A DNA stretch of 42,131 nucleotides. Source: Bipalium vagum (taxonomy: Eukaryota). Both the position numbers and the translations under genes were made by a program. Under the pieces are notes generated by a model. It did not search any database and was not told the DNA's origin. It worked only from the letters and a program-made list of their open reading frames with translations. Positions 1 through 14,000 of the stretch are shown here, in pieces. Every line of letters begins with the position of its first letter. Positions within the stretch are counted from its first letter, which is position 1. The DNA lies in NCBI GenBank assembly GCA_037834085.1, contig JBBMKC010262065.1, forward strand, positions 1 through 42,131, written 5' to 3'.

Positions 1-44
1 ATTTTATTTGCCCGATTTTTATGACTTATTTTATTGACTACTAA

Positions 45-76
45 AAATACGACATTTCATACTGGACAACCTAATA
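45..76. mobile_element. Probable mariner terminal inverted repeat (right end of an element extending off the window start)
   Basis: Ends ...GGACAACCTAATA, the reverse complement of TATTAGGTTG, the same terminus as other mariners in this window. Confidence 0.4.
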
Positions 77-311
77 CTTTAAAATTTGGCAACATTTTAG
101 AATATATTTTTGAAATTTTAAATAAAATTAAGACATTTGCATTACTTCTTATACTTCTTAATGGTAAATCAAAAAATGATTGAGAAATTTTTTTACAGAA
201 CATTTATTATGTCTTTCTCCAGTAAAATACATTTTCATAATATGTTGATTTTTTTTCATTAATTACATCATCAAAAATAATTAAGGTTTTTAATTTCTTA
301 TCTAAGTTATC

Positions 312-1549
312 TAGAGGTTGAATTTCATTAACTTAATCAGTTAAAGTTACTTTTATTTTTTTTTATAATTGTATTTTTTATTTTCTTCAATTTTCGGTTT
401 TAATTTATATTTAAATTTATTTAAAATTTCGTTTTTAGATTATCAAAATTCTTTTATATTTACAATATTTGGTAATATAATATATATTAAAAATAATAAT
501 ATATATTTAATATACTTAGACTCGGGTTGAATAAAAGCAGTTTTAGAAAAACGTTAAGATTATGGGAATCTATATAGTTTCTGGCAATTGTTGCCACTTA
601 TATTTTATTTCCATGCTGAAAATATCTCCTGGATCGGATTTAATTGAAAAGAATACAGTGGCAAAAAATAGTTCATGATTGTTTCTCGTTATTAATTCTC
701 TTATTTTTCCCATTTTGCGAAAAGCGACGTTATCATAAAAAATTATTTGGTTGGTTATATTTCAGAATTCAATATTTGCAAGAAATTTCAAAACTTTTAC
801 CATTTTAACCACCTTCTTTGATCTCAAAACAGAGCAATTTGTCGTTTTTACAGGCAGCGCAAACAAAAAAGTTTCGATTTTGTACTATAATTACCCGTTT
901 TTTGGTATTTCATCAATAAAACATCTACCGTATCGTTTTCGCATCGAAGAATTCACATCAAACTCATCAAGAAATATCAACCGGTTAATATCTATTTCTA
1001 ACAGGTATCTTGCATTGTTAAATTCAGCTTCAATGTTATTGATAGAGTTTCTTCGGATTGGTTGTGAAGATATTCCTTTGAAACTATACTGAAAACTTTA
1101 TATGCATCGGTAAATTGAATCTATAGATATGTTTGGATTCATATTTGTTAAGGTTTCCTGTTTGATTTTTCCAACTGAGATACAAAATCTTGATCAATTT
1201 TAGTTTTAATAAAATCTTTGATTTCTTCTGCTATCTCACCTTTTCTTCCAGATTTTTTTTTCTAATAAATATTTCGGTTGTTCTAAATTTCCGGATTATT
1301 GATTGAGTCGTGCTGTAACTGACGCAAATCGTTAGAAATTTGAGCAATCGAGTTGCCTAGTTTGTGTATTTTGATTAATAATTCCGGAATTGCATTTCGC
1401 TTGAAATTTTTTCTGTTAGTTCTTGAATTTTCCATAAGGTTAGACTTAATGATAAAATAATGAGTTATTTTGAAAAAATTGATGAAATATTTTGAAAATA
1501 TAAATTAAGTATTATGAAAAAACAATTAAGTAAACTGAAAAGCCCTGTA
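312..1549 (-). mobile_element. Degenerate IS630/Tc1-like (DD34E) DNA transposon
   Basis: Frameshifted - strand transposase from ATG 1435 (MENSRTNRK..), with motifs LIFLDEFDVNSSMRKRYGR, DNVAFRK and FLPLYSFQLNPIQEIFSAWK. Terminus TACAGGGCTTTTCA (- strand) at 1549 with subterminal repeats. The left end is approximate. Confidence 0.8.
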
Positions 1550-2069
1550 AAATCCCACCTGATTAAAATTCATACTATTCCAAAAGAAAACATTTAATGT
1601 GATGACAATGTTTAACTTGTTCAATGTGTAAGAGGTATAATACTCTAAACAAGAGAAATTGATATTATTACTTATAATATTTAATAAAAATAACAGATCA
1701 TCTCACTTATTAGCTAGCAAATAATTTTTGCTAAATTTTAATTTTAAAATAAGATGGGATATATTTTATTACTATACATCAAATACTTTAATTTAAATAG
1801 CTTTAATTATGCTAAAAGTTAACTATTAAATTATGGACACCTAATAATATTCAATGTAATTATATTTCAGCTTAGAATTTATTTTCTAATTTTTGTAAGC
1901 TTATACTGTTAAACATATCTTGTTTGTAAATAATTAACTGGGAATGAATATTTCTTAACTCTAGAACTTAAAAAACAATAATAAAAATTATTGACTCAAA
2001 TCACACATATAAAGTTTTTGTTATTGAATTTTATTTAAATATACCAAATTCTTTATTTTACATTCGTAG

Positions 2070-5000
2070 TGAATATCAACAAAGAACAAATTTAAAGTTT
2101 CAAAAGTTAACTACAATTTTAATGAACAAACTTATATATCAACACCATGGAAAATGTTCAAATTTTTTTAATGAAAAACATAATTTTTCTGATTTATCTG
2201 AAAAAATTAGAAATTTGGAATCAGAAGGGTTAAAGTTAAGGACCCAAGTTGAGAGTATTCTATACGAAAGTATCCTTTTATTTTATTATATATATAATTA
2301 AATATTAATTTAGATAATGATGAAAGTACATCTCGTGTTTGTGAATCAGTCAGATATTCAATTTATTCATTCATGTAACAATGTTATTTTTAGATGAATG
2401 GATTTGACAACATAAATAGGAATTCTGATAAAGTTTTTCGATCTAATTTGTGTTTTTCAAAGTAAGTTTTTATTTAAGAAAATTAGTTTTTAAAATGTAT
2501 TGCAATTTTCAATTTTACACGACTCTGAATACTTCTGTTTGTTTAACTTTAAAATGTTAATTATTTTTTATTAAAATAATGAAGTTTTTTTTACCTTAAA
2601 TTCTAATAGTTTAATATTTAAATAAGTAATTTTTATAAGTAGAATAATGGATAAACAATATTTTATTCTTCATTTTAATGACTTTAATATCAGTAACTTC
2701 TCTAATGATAACCGAATTTATTTTATATTCAATTATTTCCCACAATAAGCAGTAGCTTGAAAAAATTTAGCATTTGCAAAAAGTTTAATTTAGAATGTTA
2801 GTGTTTTTATAAATTGTATTGAATAATTGAGGTTTACGTTCATTTCTTGTTATTTAACATTGATTTTACAAGAATAATTTAATTTATGGAAAAATAATTA
2901 ATTATTGCCTAAGTACATCTGAAAAAAATATTTTTTAAATAAATAAGCTATTCAGTATTTTATGATTTATTGTGCCAGAAACACGAAGATCAAGGTAGAC
3001 ACTAGCTGCTGAATGGACTAAACTCGTGACTTTTAAAAATAAATTTTCAAATGTAAATAGACTATTTTGTCTTTTTAATTATTTTAGTGTGAAAATGGAA
3101 CGGTTTAAAAGTAATAGTATGAGTGGTCCATGGGAGTTTTTTGAAGAAAAAATGGTCCATGAACCGAAAAAGGTTGAGAACCACTGTTTTAAACAAAACC
3201 TTAATTTAAAATAATGAAAAATTTAAATCTTTTAATGTAGTTCTAATCATCTATTTTTTAAATGTAATTGTTATAAAAAAATATCAATTTACTATTTTTT
3301 ATTGAAAATGCTATTCAATATTATTTTTAAAAAATTAAGAGTATATATTATTTTTAGGAATGACACAAATAGATTTCACTCAGAATCAATTAAAGATTGT
3401 TATTCTAAAGATAATATTAACAATTTATATAAAGAACTTGAAGAAAGTCGAGAAAGAGTAGAAAAAATGTATGAACAACTAAAACAGGTTTACAAAAATT
3501 TATAATTTTACTTTTTACGTGGTTAATTAGGAAAAGAATATTCATCAAATAGAAAAGAATGAGTTAATATTTTCTTTAGAGAATCTGAAACAAATAAACA
3601 ATAAATTAAAATCTGATGATACAAGTCACTTAGTGGAACTTAAAGAGCGTGAGAAAAAATTAGAATCTGTTATTGAATATATGAAAGAAAATCTTCATCA
3701 GTTAATGTGTGTAAATAAAAGACAAGAAGATGTAAGTAAATCAAACCTAATGATTTTTTTAATAATGAAATTTACAATTAAATGTTATTTATACTTTAAA
3801 AAATTAAGATTGTGAAATTTTAATATGGTAAAAATTAATTCCATGAACCAAACTATAATTTCTTTTAATACTCAAATTAATTTATTTTAACCCCTATAAA
3901 AAGATAATAATAATAACAAATTGCAAAACTGGCATAATAGATTGAGAAACGTATTATTGTATTGCGTTCATTCATAAGTTCGTGCGTTTTTAATGAAAAT
4001 ATTGTGCATGTTTTAGAGATAAAAATTTAGCAATCAAACAAATTTTATTCAGAAAAATAAAGACCTTTATGCTCAACTGTCTTAATCCAACGATGGGCAA
4101 GTTTTTCTATGCCACTCCGGTGCCATGTTTTATCTTTGAAAAGGAAAAATACACGACATCCATTTTCAACCTGTTCTATATTCTTAAACTGTCGTCCTCA
4201 AAGGAAATGAACCATTGATCATTAAAGGTAGTAATCGCTGGGTGCTAGATCTGGACTGAATGCAGGATGTGGTAAAATTTCAATTCCTTCTAACTGGGTA
4301 TTTATATTTTTCGTTACTCGCGCAGTATGCGGACGAGCATTATCCTATTTCAGAAGCACCCGCTTTCTGTTGACTAAAGCAGGATATTTTATGACTAATT
4401 GTTGATAAATCTGATCGAATTGAGTAGAATATAACTCAGCAGTAATGGTTTGGCCATCTGGAAGTACTTCGAAATGTATAATTCCTTCAAAGTCCCACCA
4501 CACGCACAACATGATCTTTTTTCCGAAACTACCTTGTGGTGGAACAGCCTTGGGCTTCTGGTCTGGTTCCAACCATTGATTTCTCCTGTTCGGATTATAA
4601 AAATATATCTATTTTTCATCGCACGTGACTATGCGACGTATAAAGCATTCATCATTTGGATTATTTAATAATTGATGACATATCGACAAACGTTGTTCAG
4701 ATTGACTTTGCTTCTAATCATGTGTTACTTCAGAAAAGCGCTTTTATCGCTTGTTATGTTGATGTAGATGACGAATCACGGATGGTTATGATGTTCTGGT
4801 CTCAGCCGACAATCTACACGTACCATTTGATGAATTCATTTCTATGGCTTTGAGAATTGCTTCCGAATCTACAGTGGTGGGACGTCCACTGCGAGGATAA
4901 TCATTGAGGTCCATGTCACCCTTGTTGAATTTTTTGAACCTCTTTTGAGTGGTTCTTATTGACACTAATTAATCGCTTTCAATTTAACATATTTTCTTTG

Positions 5001-8000
5001 CAGCATCTATGGTTGTGAAATTCTACTTCCAGTAATGTTTCAGAAGTATAGGGATTGCTAATTTATCTATGCTTTTTTCTGAATAAATAAATATATATGT
5101 ACACTACATATAACGTAATATAATTAAAAAGTATCTTACGCGTCTTTTTCTTAGCTTTCAAATGGTGTGCACCTTGTTAATATTTAAACAGATAATATAT
5201 TAAAAATTTTCTTTTAAATGTTATATAGAAAAAACGCACGAACTATGAATCAACCCAATATACAGTTTAAATCACAATTATCGTGTACAACAATATTAAA
5301 CAGTTTGTTTTATTTGAATTAAATTTGTTCTTTCCAAATACTGATAAAATACGAAAATGTAAATCCTATTACATTTTCAAATGTGTTTTTAGTACTAATG
5401 AAAATTGTTTATTTTAAATATATATATTATATAGCAAGTTATTTAGAAAAATCAAAACCTGAGGCCGTTGTAAGTAAGAATTTAAAGAACTTAAAATACA
5501 TCATTTTTATAATTAATTTGTTAAACAAAATTTAGATGCTGGATGAAAGCGCAAAACGCTTATTAGAACTGGAAAGTCTTCCTTTGGTAATGAAATCATT
5601 TGATAGATTACGCGATATTTTGGTAAAAATGGATTATCTTCAGTGTTCTGATTTTCTAACCAACTATGACTTAAAATATTGTTCCATCAATTCAATTGTT
5701 GAAATTGTTGATAATTGCTTTAAACAATGCATTTCTGATATTAATATTAGAGATGAAAAAATACGGCATTTAGAAGATGAAATTGAAATGACAAAAGAAA
5801 AATTATTCCACGACAACGAATCATCAATGGTTGAAATAAAGAATAAGTAAATTCTTTACTTTTAATATAATTATTAATAATAAGATTCTTTGAATGAAAT
5901 GTATTGTAAATTCTAATTAACTACTTAATATATATTTATTGTTGAGTTTTTATTTATTAATATTTTGGTTCTTATGATGATATATTACTACTGTTTATTT
6001 ATTTCAATAAAAGTATTATTTTATATTTTTCATTTGCATAAATGATTTCTTAATTTAAACATCTTTAAAATATATTAGGTTGGGATATAATAAATCTAAA
6101 ACATTTACAAAAGATTGCAAATTACTGCTAAATCAAATGGATTTGTTTAAATCATAAAACTCAATTAAATATAATGTTTCATTTAAATTTTAATGATTTT
6201 TTTTTTTAATGGTGAAATTTAATGTTTATATATTTTGTCATTGAAAAGAGATTATCTTCGAGTTCTGTTTTTGTATTGTTGGAAGCGATGAATTTCTGCC
6301 ATGGAAGCTACTAAGGAAATTTGCTATGCTAAAAGTGAAAATGTCGTCCACTTTCTCGTTGGAATAAGAAATTTGACTCTGATGATGTTAGTTTGGAAGA
6401 TCATGCTTGGATTTAGACGATGAAGTCTTGGTTTGTGCTCTTGAACAGCAACCAAGGTCAAATTGTCGTGATATGGGAGCAATACTTGGTGTTGATCACA
6501 AAACTGTTTTGCGAAAATTAAACAAACTGGATTATGTTTATAAGAAGCCTCGTCAAGACCCACATCAACTCACTGAAGCACAAGCTAATCGACGTTTGGA
6601 AATTTGTCGCAAGTTATTTGCAAACCCTTGGGACGATAAATTCTGGAGACACATTGTCAGGTCTGATGAGAAATGGGTTTATCTAATAAACCAAAATCGA
6701 CAAAAGTGATGGATTCTAAACGGTCAGACTACTGCTTCAGTGCAAAGACAAAATCTTTTTGGTAAGAAAGTGTCTCGTAGAATTTTGAAGTTATCCTCCA
6801 TTTTTAACTTATTCCCGAAGGACATGCCATTAAAGCCGATCTGTACTGCCAAACACTAGACAGAATTTACCCGAAATTTAAAGAGTACGCCGTAATTATT
6901 AGGCGAAAATTAGCTCTATTATAACAGGATAATGCCAAGCCTAACAGATCAAAGAAGTCGCAGAAAAAGTTCCAAGAACTGGAAGGAGTTGAGATTTTTC
7001 CGCATCCAACCTATAGTCCAGATGCAGCACCATCTTCCGATCCATGCAGCACTTCTTACGAGATCATAAAAAATGAAATAAGACTTGATGTTTAGATAAA
7101 GTGCATTTGATTATATTTCAAAAATATTCAATAGAATTATTAAAATTAATAATTATTATTAAAATTAATAATAATTAATCATCCGGACAATATTCGAAAA
7201 ATATTCATCAAAGTCTATTCGATAACTAATATTTTAAAATCAAACTGTTCATCATATTTCTATGAAATATAAATTAATAATTAAATGAATTAATAGAAAT
7301 TAAATCTTTAAACTTTTTTTATAAATCAATTTTTTTCCGATTTTACTTCGAAATAAAACATGATTTATTGTCCGTCCTTTGAAAATCAAAAAATATTTTG
7401 ATCTTAAAGAACATTCTTAATTAATTAAATTTAAACATAATTTAACTTTTATTTAAGATTAGTATATTTGGAAGAAAAAAACAGTTACTTAAAGCAGCAG
7501 ATTAACGAAATTACTGAAAATAATCAAAAAGAGATGAAGAGAGCAGAAAAAGAAATTTTAAAAATGAAGTTGAAAATGGACAATGACATGACCACTGCAA
7601 CTTCTGTGATAGATGGACTAGAAAATAATATTCAACAATTATCTATTAAACATAAAGTATTTTCAATTTTTCTCGTTTTTCATTATTTTTAAAGTTTTAA
7701 AATTTTATATTTTATTTGGTTCCACTGAATTTTGACAGGTCTATATTTTTGATTAATTAAAACAGTTTCAAACGGAAAATGTCAATTAAATATATTTAAC
7801 TTTTTTTGCAACCGTTGATCTGTTACTATACCCAGTTGCATATTTATGTATACCATATAATTTCAGTTTTCTTAACGTTTCTGTCGTTATAAGCATTTGA
7901 TCATCGTATAAAAGTTTAAATATAACAGTTTGTAAATCAGAATATTTTTACAATAACTAAATAATAGTTATTATAAATAAATAAATAAACTTTCTGTTAT

Positions 8001-11000
8001 TTTTTTCAATCAATATAACAAATTTTTATTTTATTTAAATAAATCGAATTTATGAAAAAAATATTTGCTTATCTAAAGCAATAACAGGGATGTAAATGTA
8101 AGTCTTGTCCATTAAAGACTGCTTATTTCTTGTAAAGTTGTACTTTTGAACAAATCTATTGAATCTATTCAACAAATTATTCTAGAATTTTGAAAAGCTT
8201 TGAATACAAAACTGATTATTATACTGTTCGTGCGCTGATCACAAAATTTGAGAAATATGGGACAGTTCAAGAAGTGGGCGAAAAGAAAATGCAGAAATGA
8301 TAAATTGTAAAGCCAGTTGCAGAACAGACTTTGCTTTTACAGGGTTTTCATCTCAATTTAATTATTTTAAACATCAATTTAGTTTTTAACTTTAATTTAG
8401 TATAATTTTTTTTACAAAAGTTAAGTTTCAAGTTAAAAAAAACTAAATTGAGATGTAAGCCCTATAAGTCCTTCTTCCATATTAACTAATAGAAAATCTT
8501 CCGTGTTTGGAGCTTGTTTGCGGACACAATTCTTCCACTTCGAAAATATATTTTCGATCGGATTGAGAAACGGAGAATAAGACGGTAAGAATACAACATT
8601 ATGTTCATTTCGCTCGATGAAGTCAGTAACCGTTTGATTTTTATGGAATGATACATTATCCATAATAAGCACATATTTCTTGTAATTATGATCATCAAAA
8701 AATCCTAAAAATTCTTCCGCATAACCCAAGAAATAAGATGTGATAAGTGGTAAAATTGATAATTTTTAAAATAAAATATAAGAACTTATTTGAACAGCAT
8801 TGTATTATTTAAACTAAGTTGTAATTTAACTAAATTTAATTTGTATATAATTCAATATTTTTGTTGACTATAATTATAATTATCACACTAAAATTACTGA
8901 TGAGCAAATTTTTTGGCCACCCTTAATAATATATTTTAATCAAATAAACTTATGTATATTAAAAATATTAAGTATTCATAAAATTTTCAAGTTAATTATT
9001 TTAACATTTGTTTATTCAATTATTTATTTTATACAAGTTCAAATTTATTGGCCACCATATCGGATTTTAAGTAAATCTTTGATTTTATTAGAATTAAATA
9101 TTTTATTTACAAAATATATATTTAGTTATGAAGGCTGGTGATCAAAAAAACGAAGTTTTAGTTTTACGAGAAGAAAGATGGGCTTATTCAAGAATTTCGA
9201 AGAAAACAAAATTATCCAAAAATTGTGTTAGGGGTATATGCCGAAAGCGAGCAGTAAAGAAGCAAATGAAAAGAGGACCGAAGCCTAAAATAAATCTAAC
9301 CATTAAGTTAAAAATTAAGAGACAAATAAGAAATCTGAAGGACAATTGTGAAAAGGTAAATTGTAAGAAATCGATTAATACCTGTAATATTCCAGCTTCA
9401 CGATTTACCGTTGCACGTTACCTTAAGAAAAAAAACATGACTTACAAAAAAATAAGAAAAAGTTTCCCACTTAAACCATTGGACAAGGCTAAACGGTGTG
9501 ATTTAGCTAAGAAGTGGTTGGCAGAAAATCACCTATGGGAGCGAACCATTTTTTCAGATGACTGGAGAACTGGAGAAATCAGAAATCATTTATCGTCCCG
9601 GGCACCAGAAGAAAGGTGGGGGAATTATGGTATGGGGAATGGTTTTCCCAAATGGTCTGTTATCTTTTAGAATATTAAATAGAGACTTCAAAAGTTAGGA
9701 TTACATAGATTTACTTTGCAAAACTATTGTACCAATTTCTAAATTGAATTATGAGGACAACTTCTGGTTCCTACAGGACAATTTCAGAATCCATACCCCA
9801 AGGATCGTTTAAAAATGGATGGATATTGCCAATTTCCAATTATTACATGGCCTGCTCGATCTCCAGACTTGAATACAGTGGAAAAAATTTGGTAAATTTT
9901 GGAAGATGTCATCTATGACAAGTTACCACTTATGTCTGAAAGTGGTTTAACGGAAGGATCACGGAAAGCCTTTCACTTGATCAATACGATCAAACGATTT
10001 ATTAAAAATCTTTATGATGCTTTAGAGGACATTTAGTGAAAGTAATTGTAAAAAATGATAATCAAATAAATAATAATTGTGTTGCTTTTTTTCAATGGGT
10101 GGCCAATAATTATTCACATATGAAAAATAAAATTTTGTAAATATCAAATATAAAAGTTCAAAACTATAATTAAAAAGTGCGAAAAACAACTTTTAACATT
10201 TTTCTATGAAAATACTTAACACAAAAGTTTCTTAAAATGATTAAAATTGCCTTTTTCAAGGTGGCCAATAAATTTCCTCATCAGGATTGAATTTGGATTT
10301 TCTTTATCAATTTTAATTTTATACATAAAATTTTTATGTGAGAATTAATAATTATAAAAAGTATAATTTAAACTGTTTAGTAAATTCTTATCAGGCCAAA
10401 TTTAAGCAAAATGTCCGACATTGAGAAATGGATGATTAAGGCCTACCACGAAGCCAGAAAATCAAAAAGATGGATCGGAAATAAGTTAGACAGAAATGAA
10501 AGCTCCATAAAATATTATTTGGAAAATGGAGATAGCAAAATCGTAAGCCTGACCCAAAGACAAAGATTTCGCCCAAAACGAAACGATTGATTATTCGCAA
10601 AGCCAGCAATAAATCGTTTTCAAACTCGACAATTAAACATGAACTTAAATTAAATGTAAGCAAGGAGACTATCCACCGTGTTATCAACAATTCCCAAGTC
10701 TTAAAATACTAAAAATGATGGTGAAAACATCACTAAAAACTGAACACAAATTGAAGCATTTGCAATGGGCGAAAATAAAGTTTCGCGGAGCGATGAATGG
10801 AAGCAGGTGGTCATCTGGAGTGACGAAAAGAAATTTAATTTAGACGGACCAGATGCCCATGCATACTATTGGCATGATTTGAGAAAAGAAATCATAATGA
10901 CACTGGGCGAAGGATCTTTAATGATATGGACCTGTTTCAATTTCAGCGGCAGGTCGAGTCTGGCAACTGTTTCCGGCAATCTAAATCAATCAGACTCCTG

Positions 11001-14000
11001 AAAAACAATCTACTACCTTTTTAAAAGATTTTGGCGGATTCAGCCCTCTCTTTCAGCAAGATAATTGCAGGTGTATCCCGTTCAATTATGGAATGGCTAA
11101 AAGGCAAAAATATTGAAGTTATGGACTGGCCGCCATACTCACCAGATCTAAATCCCATAGAAAACTTATGAGGAGTGTTGGTTCGGAAGGTATATGCTGG
11201 TGGAAAGCAACTCAATTCCATTGATGAGCTGCGATCGGCAGTTATTGGCTGTTGGGAAGACATAGATCAATACATCCCGGAAAATTTGGTAACTTCAATG
11301 CCAAATAGAATTTGTGACTATTTTTGCTCACGGTAGCTCAATAAACTATTAGAATCTTATTGGTACATTTTTTGTGAATAAAAATCTAGTTTTTGGAAAT
11401 TGCGGCAATTAATTTGTCGGTTTTTTCTTGATATTCTTTGCTGAATATAGTTGGTTATATTAAGAATTTTTCAATTAATTTTTACATTTGCATTAAGACA
11501 CGAATAGCTACATTATGTAAATATTTTGAAATTTTTGGACATAAGATAATGTCATTTTTGTAAGTGCGGCAATTAATTTGTGGCGCACTGTATAAAACAA
11601 TACTTTGATATAGCGCAGCATAACCATATATTTCTCATTCTGATATTTGGACCTGCCAGAACAGGGTTAGTACCATTGAATAATCTATCATGCATTTTTC
11701 GCATTGAAAGTTTTAATCCAACCTCTTCGATAAAAAATATTTTTATCTTAATAAAGTTCCTCCAATTCATAAAAAGTATTTGCATAATTGTAACGACATT
11801 CTATAGTTTTTTCAGTATTTCTACGAGCTGGAATAATTTGTAACTTTTTAAATGCAATTAAGACATGCTTATAATTTAACACTATTCTTGATCGAATATA
11901 AACATAAAGTTTGTTGTTTTTATGTCAAAATTACGTTACCTTCGTCCTTTCTGACTCTCATTGTTAGACATATTTGCTTCTTGGTCTTTACTCATTATAT
12001 TCCAAAATAAAATCAAAATTTATAAAAGAAATAATTAAAAAAAATTAATTATTTATACATTTGAAATTGTAGTATTATTTTAATTTATTAAAACTAAATT
12101 GAAGTTAAAGAAAACTAAATTGAGATAAAAACCCTATTTCGTCTACAGGTATCATTGGCAAAGTATCTGGCGGGCAAACAGCTGTTTGAAAATTATTAAG
12201 AATTAAAAGTGAATTAAATCTTCAAACTTATAAATTAAAATTTTGAACAATATCTAGTGGCCCGATAAGTCAAATTTAGCTATTCATGCCTTACCACACA
12301 AGTAAAATAGTTGCTTTTGGAATGAAGGCAAATATGATGTACAATAATTGAGATATCTCTGTTTTTCTCTTCCATAACGGTATTTTCCGCATTCAATACT
12401 CGCTATATATAGTTTGAGAAAAAATGATTGGTGGTCACCTCATTCAACAATTAAAGCAAAACCGGTGTTTTAGTAAAGCGATCTTTCAGCATTATGAATC
12501 TCCTCCCACACAAATTGCCACAAAAACCTTTTCTTACCTCAAATTTTTGTATAACCGAAATTATAATAAAATTTAAGAATGTTAAAAAAAACGACTCTAA
12601 ATTTTTTCAGTTAATTTTAATTTTCTTCTCTATGAATATATATGGTAATCAAACTTTTTATTACTGTTTGCAGAAAGAAAATGATACTTGGTTGTTAGAG
12701 AAAAAGTCCTTAGAAAAGGCTTACGATGAAAGTAATAAACAGGTAGCCATTTTTCGAGCAGAACGTGATCAAGCAGTCAATCAAAAATCTTCTCTTATGG
12801 CTAGATTAGATGCAACACAAGTATTTAAAAGTATAAAATTATTCTTTTATATGATAAAAACGTAGAGCAAATTATCAGAAACTGAAATACAATTATTACA
12901 GTTTCAGTCTGAGAAATATTCCAGAAATCAGCAAATAGACGCATTAAATAAACGCAATAAAGTCATTGAAGATAGTTTATCATACGCAAGAAAATATTTG
13001 GAAAACATTATAAAAAGCCTTGGTATTCCATCGTTCAAAGGAGACTGTTCGAATTCTAACAATGATGGATCAAATTCGAATATTATGCTACTTGATATAG
13101 AATATTCTGAAAATGAAAAACCGATATGGAGATTTAATAAACATGAATTTGAAGAAATAACAAATCAGGTATTTAGAAAAATATTTTGTTAAATAAGTGA
13201 AAACTGTAGAAAAATATTTTTAACGTAGTTTTTTATTTATTTTTGTTGCTGCAAGACAGGAATGCAATAATCGAATTTTTTTAGCATGATATGTATATTT
13301 ATAAAAAACATTGTTAATTATGTTTAATGAATGAATTTTTTCATATTTTGTTATTTTAAAAATTTTTTTAAGACATTATTTAAATTTAATTATCAAGGCC
13401 ATAAATATAAAAATATAAAACAAAAAAATGAATCTAACTTAATCTTTATGATATTATATTTCAACAGATTAATATTTAAATAAAATCAATAATCATTATA
13501 TTTATTAATTTTAAAACTTTAAATAAAATTTCTCTCCAAGTAAGAAAATTTTTATTATAATTAAAAATTACAGTGTTATGCAGAAATACATAGAAAAATA
13601 TTCAAAATATATATAAAATTATTCAGAAATATATAGAAAAATATTCAGAAATATATAGAAAATACTTCAGATATATAATGGAAATGTACACTAAATAAAT
13701 TATTGTCTCGCTAAGGTTTTTCTATAAACCGCGTCATGTTGCGAAAATAATCACTTAAATCTATGTTGTTATGCGTGAGTACTTGAGTAATTGTCCCGAT
13801 CTATAATTGTTTTCATAAATGATGATACAGTATTTGCGAATTTTAGCTGATGCGAGCATGGTGGCAGAAACTTGTAAGCAATACCTCGTTCTGTCAGCAA
13901 CTTAATAACATCTTTGTGGGGATGGAACCTGCAATTGTCCATCACCAATACATCCCCAGGATTTCGATCGAAATGATTGCATAGCTTATCACTAATAACA

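Larger units (their letters stand above)
8467..12136 (-). mobile_element. IS630/Tc1-like DD34E transposon split by two nested Tc1 elements
   Basis: N-half ~11593-11970 ([30 protein letters not shown]); C-half 8467-8730 ([30 protein letters not shown]); TIR at ~12090-12136. Confidence 0.8.

Noticed and set aside
751-1092. Antisense ORFs (also 6324, 10436, 11021, 20184, 25891, 28452, 37050 and others)
   Set aside because: They are shadow frames opposite transposases or BTBD7
6407-6709. SETMAR-like domesticated gene
   Set aside because: There is no SET domain; stops, frameshifts and a TIR indicate a dead mariner
13578-13675. CRISPR-like array
   Set aside because: There are no unique spacers, an inverted partner array lies at 14.2 kb, and the context is eukaryotic; these are transposon TIR repeats
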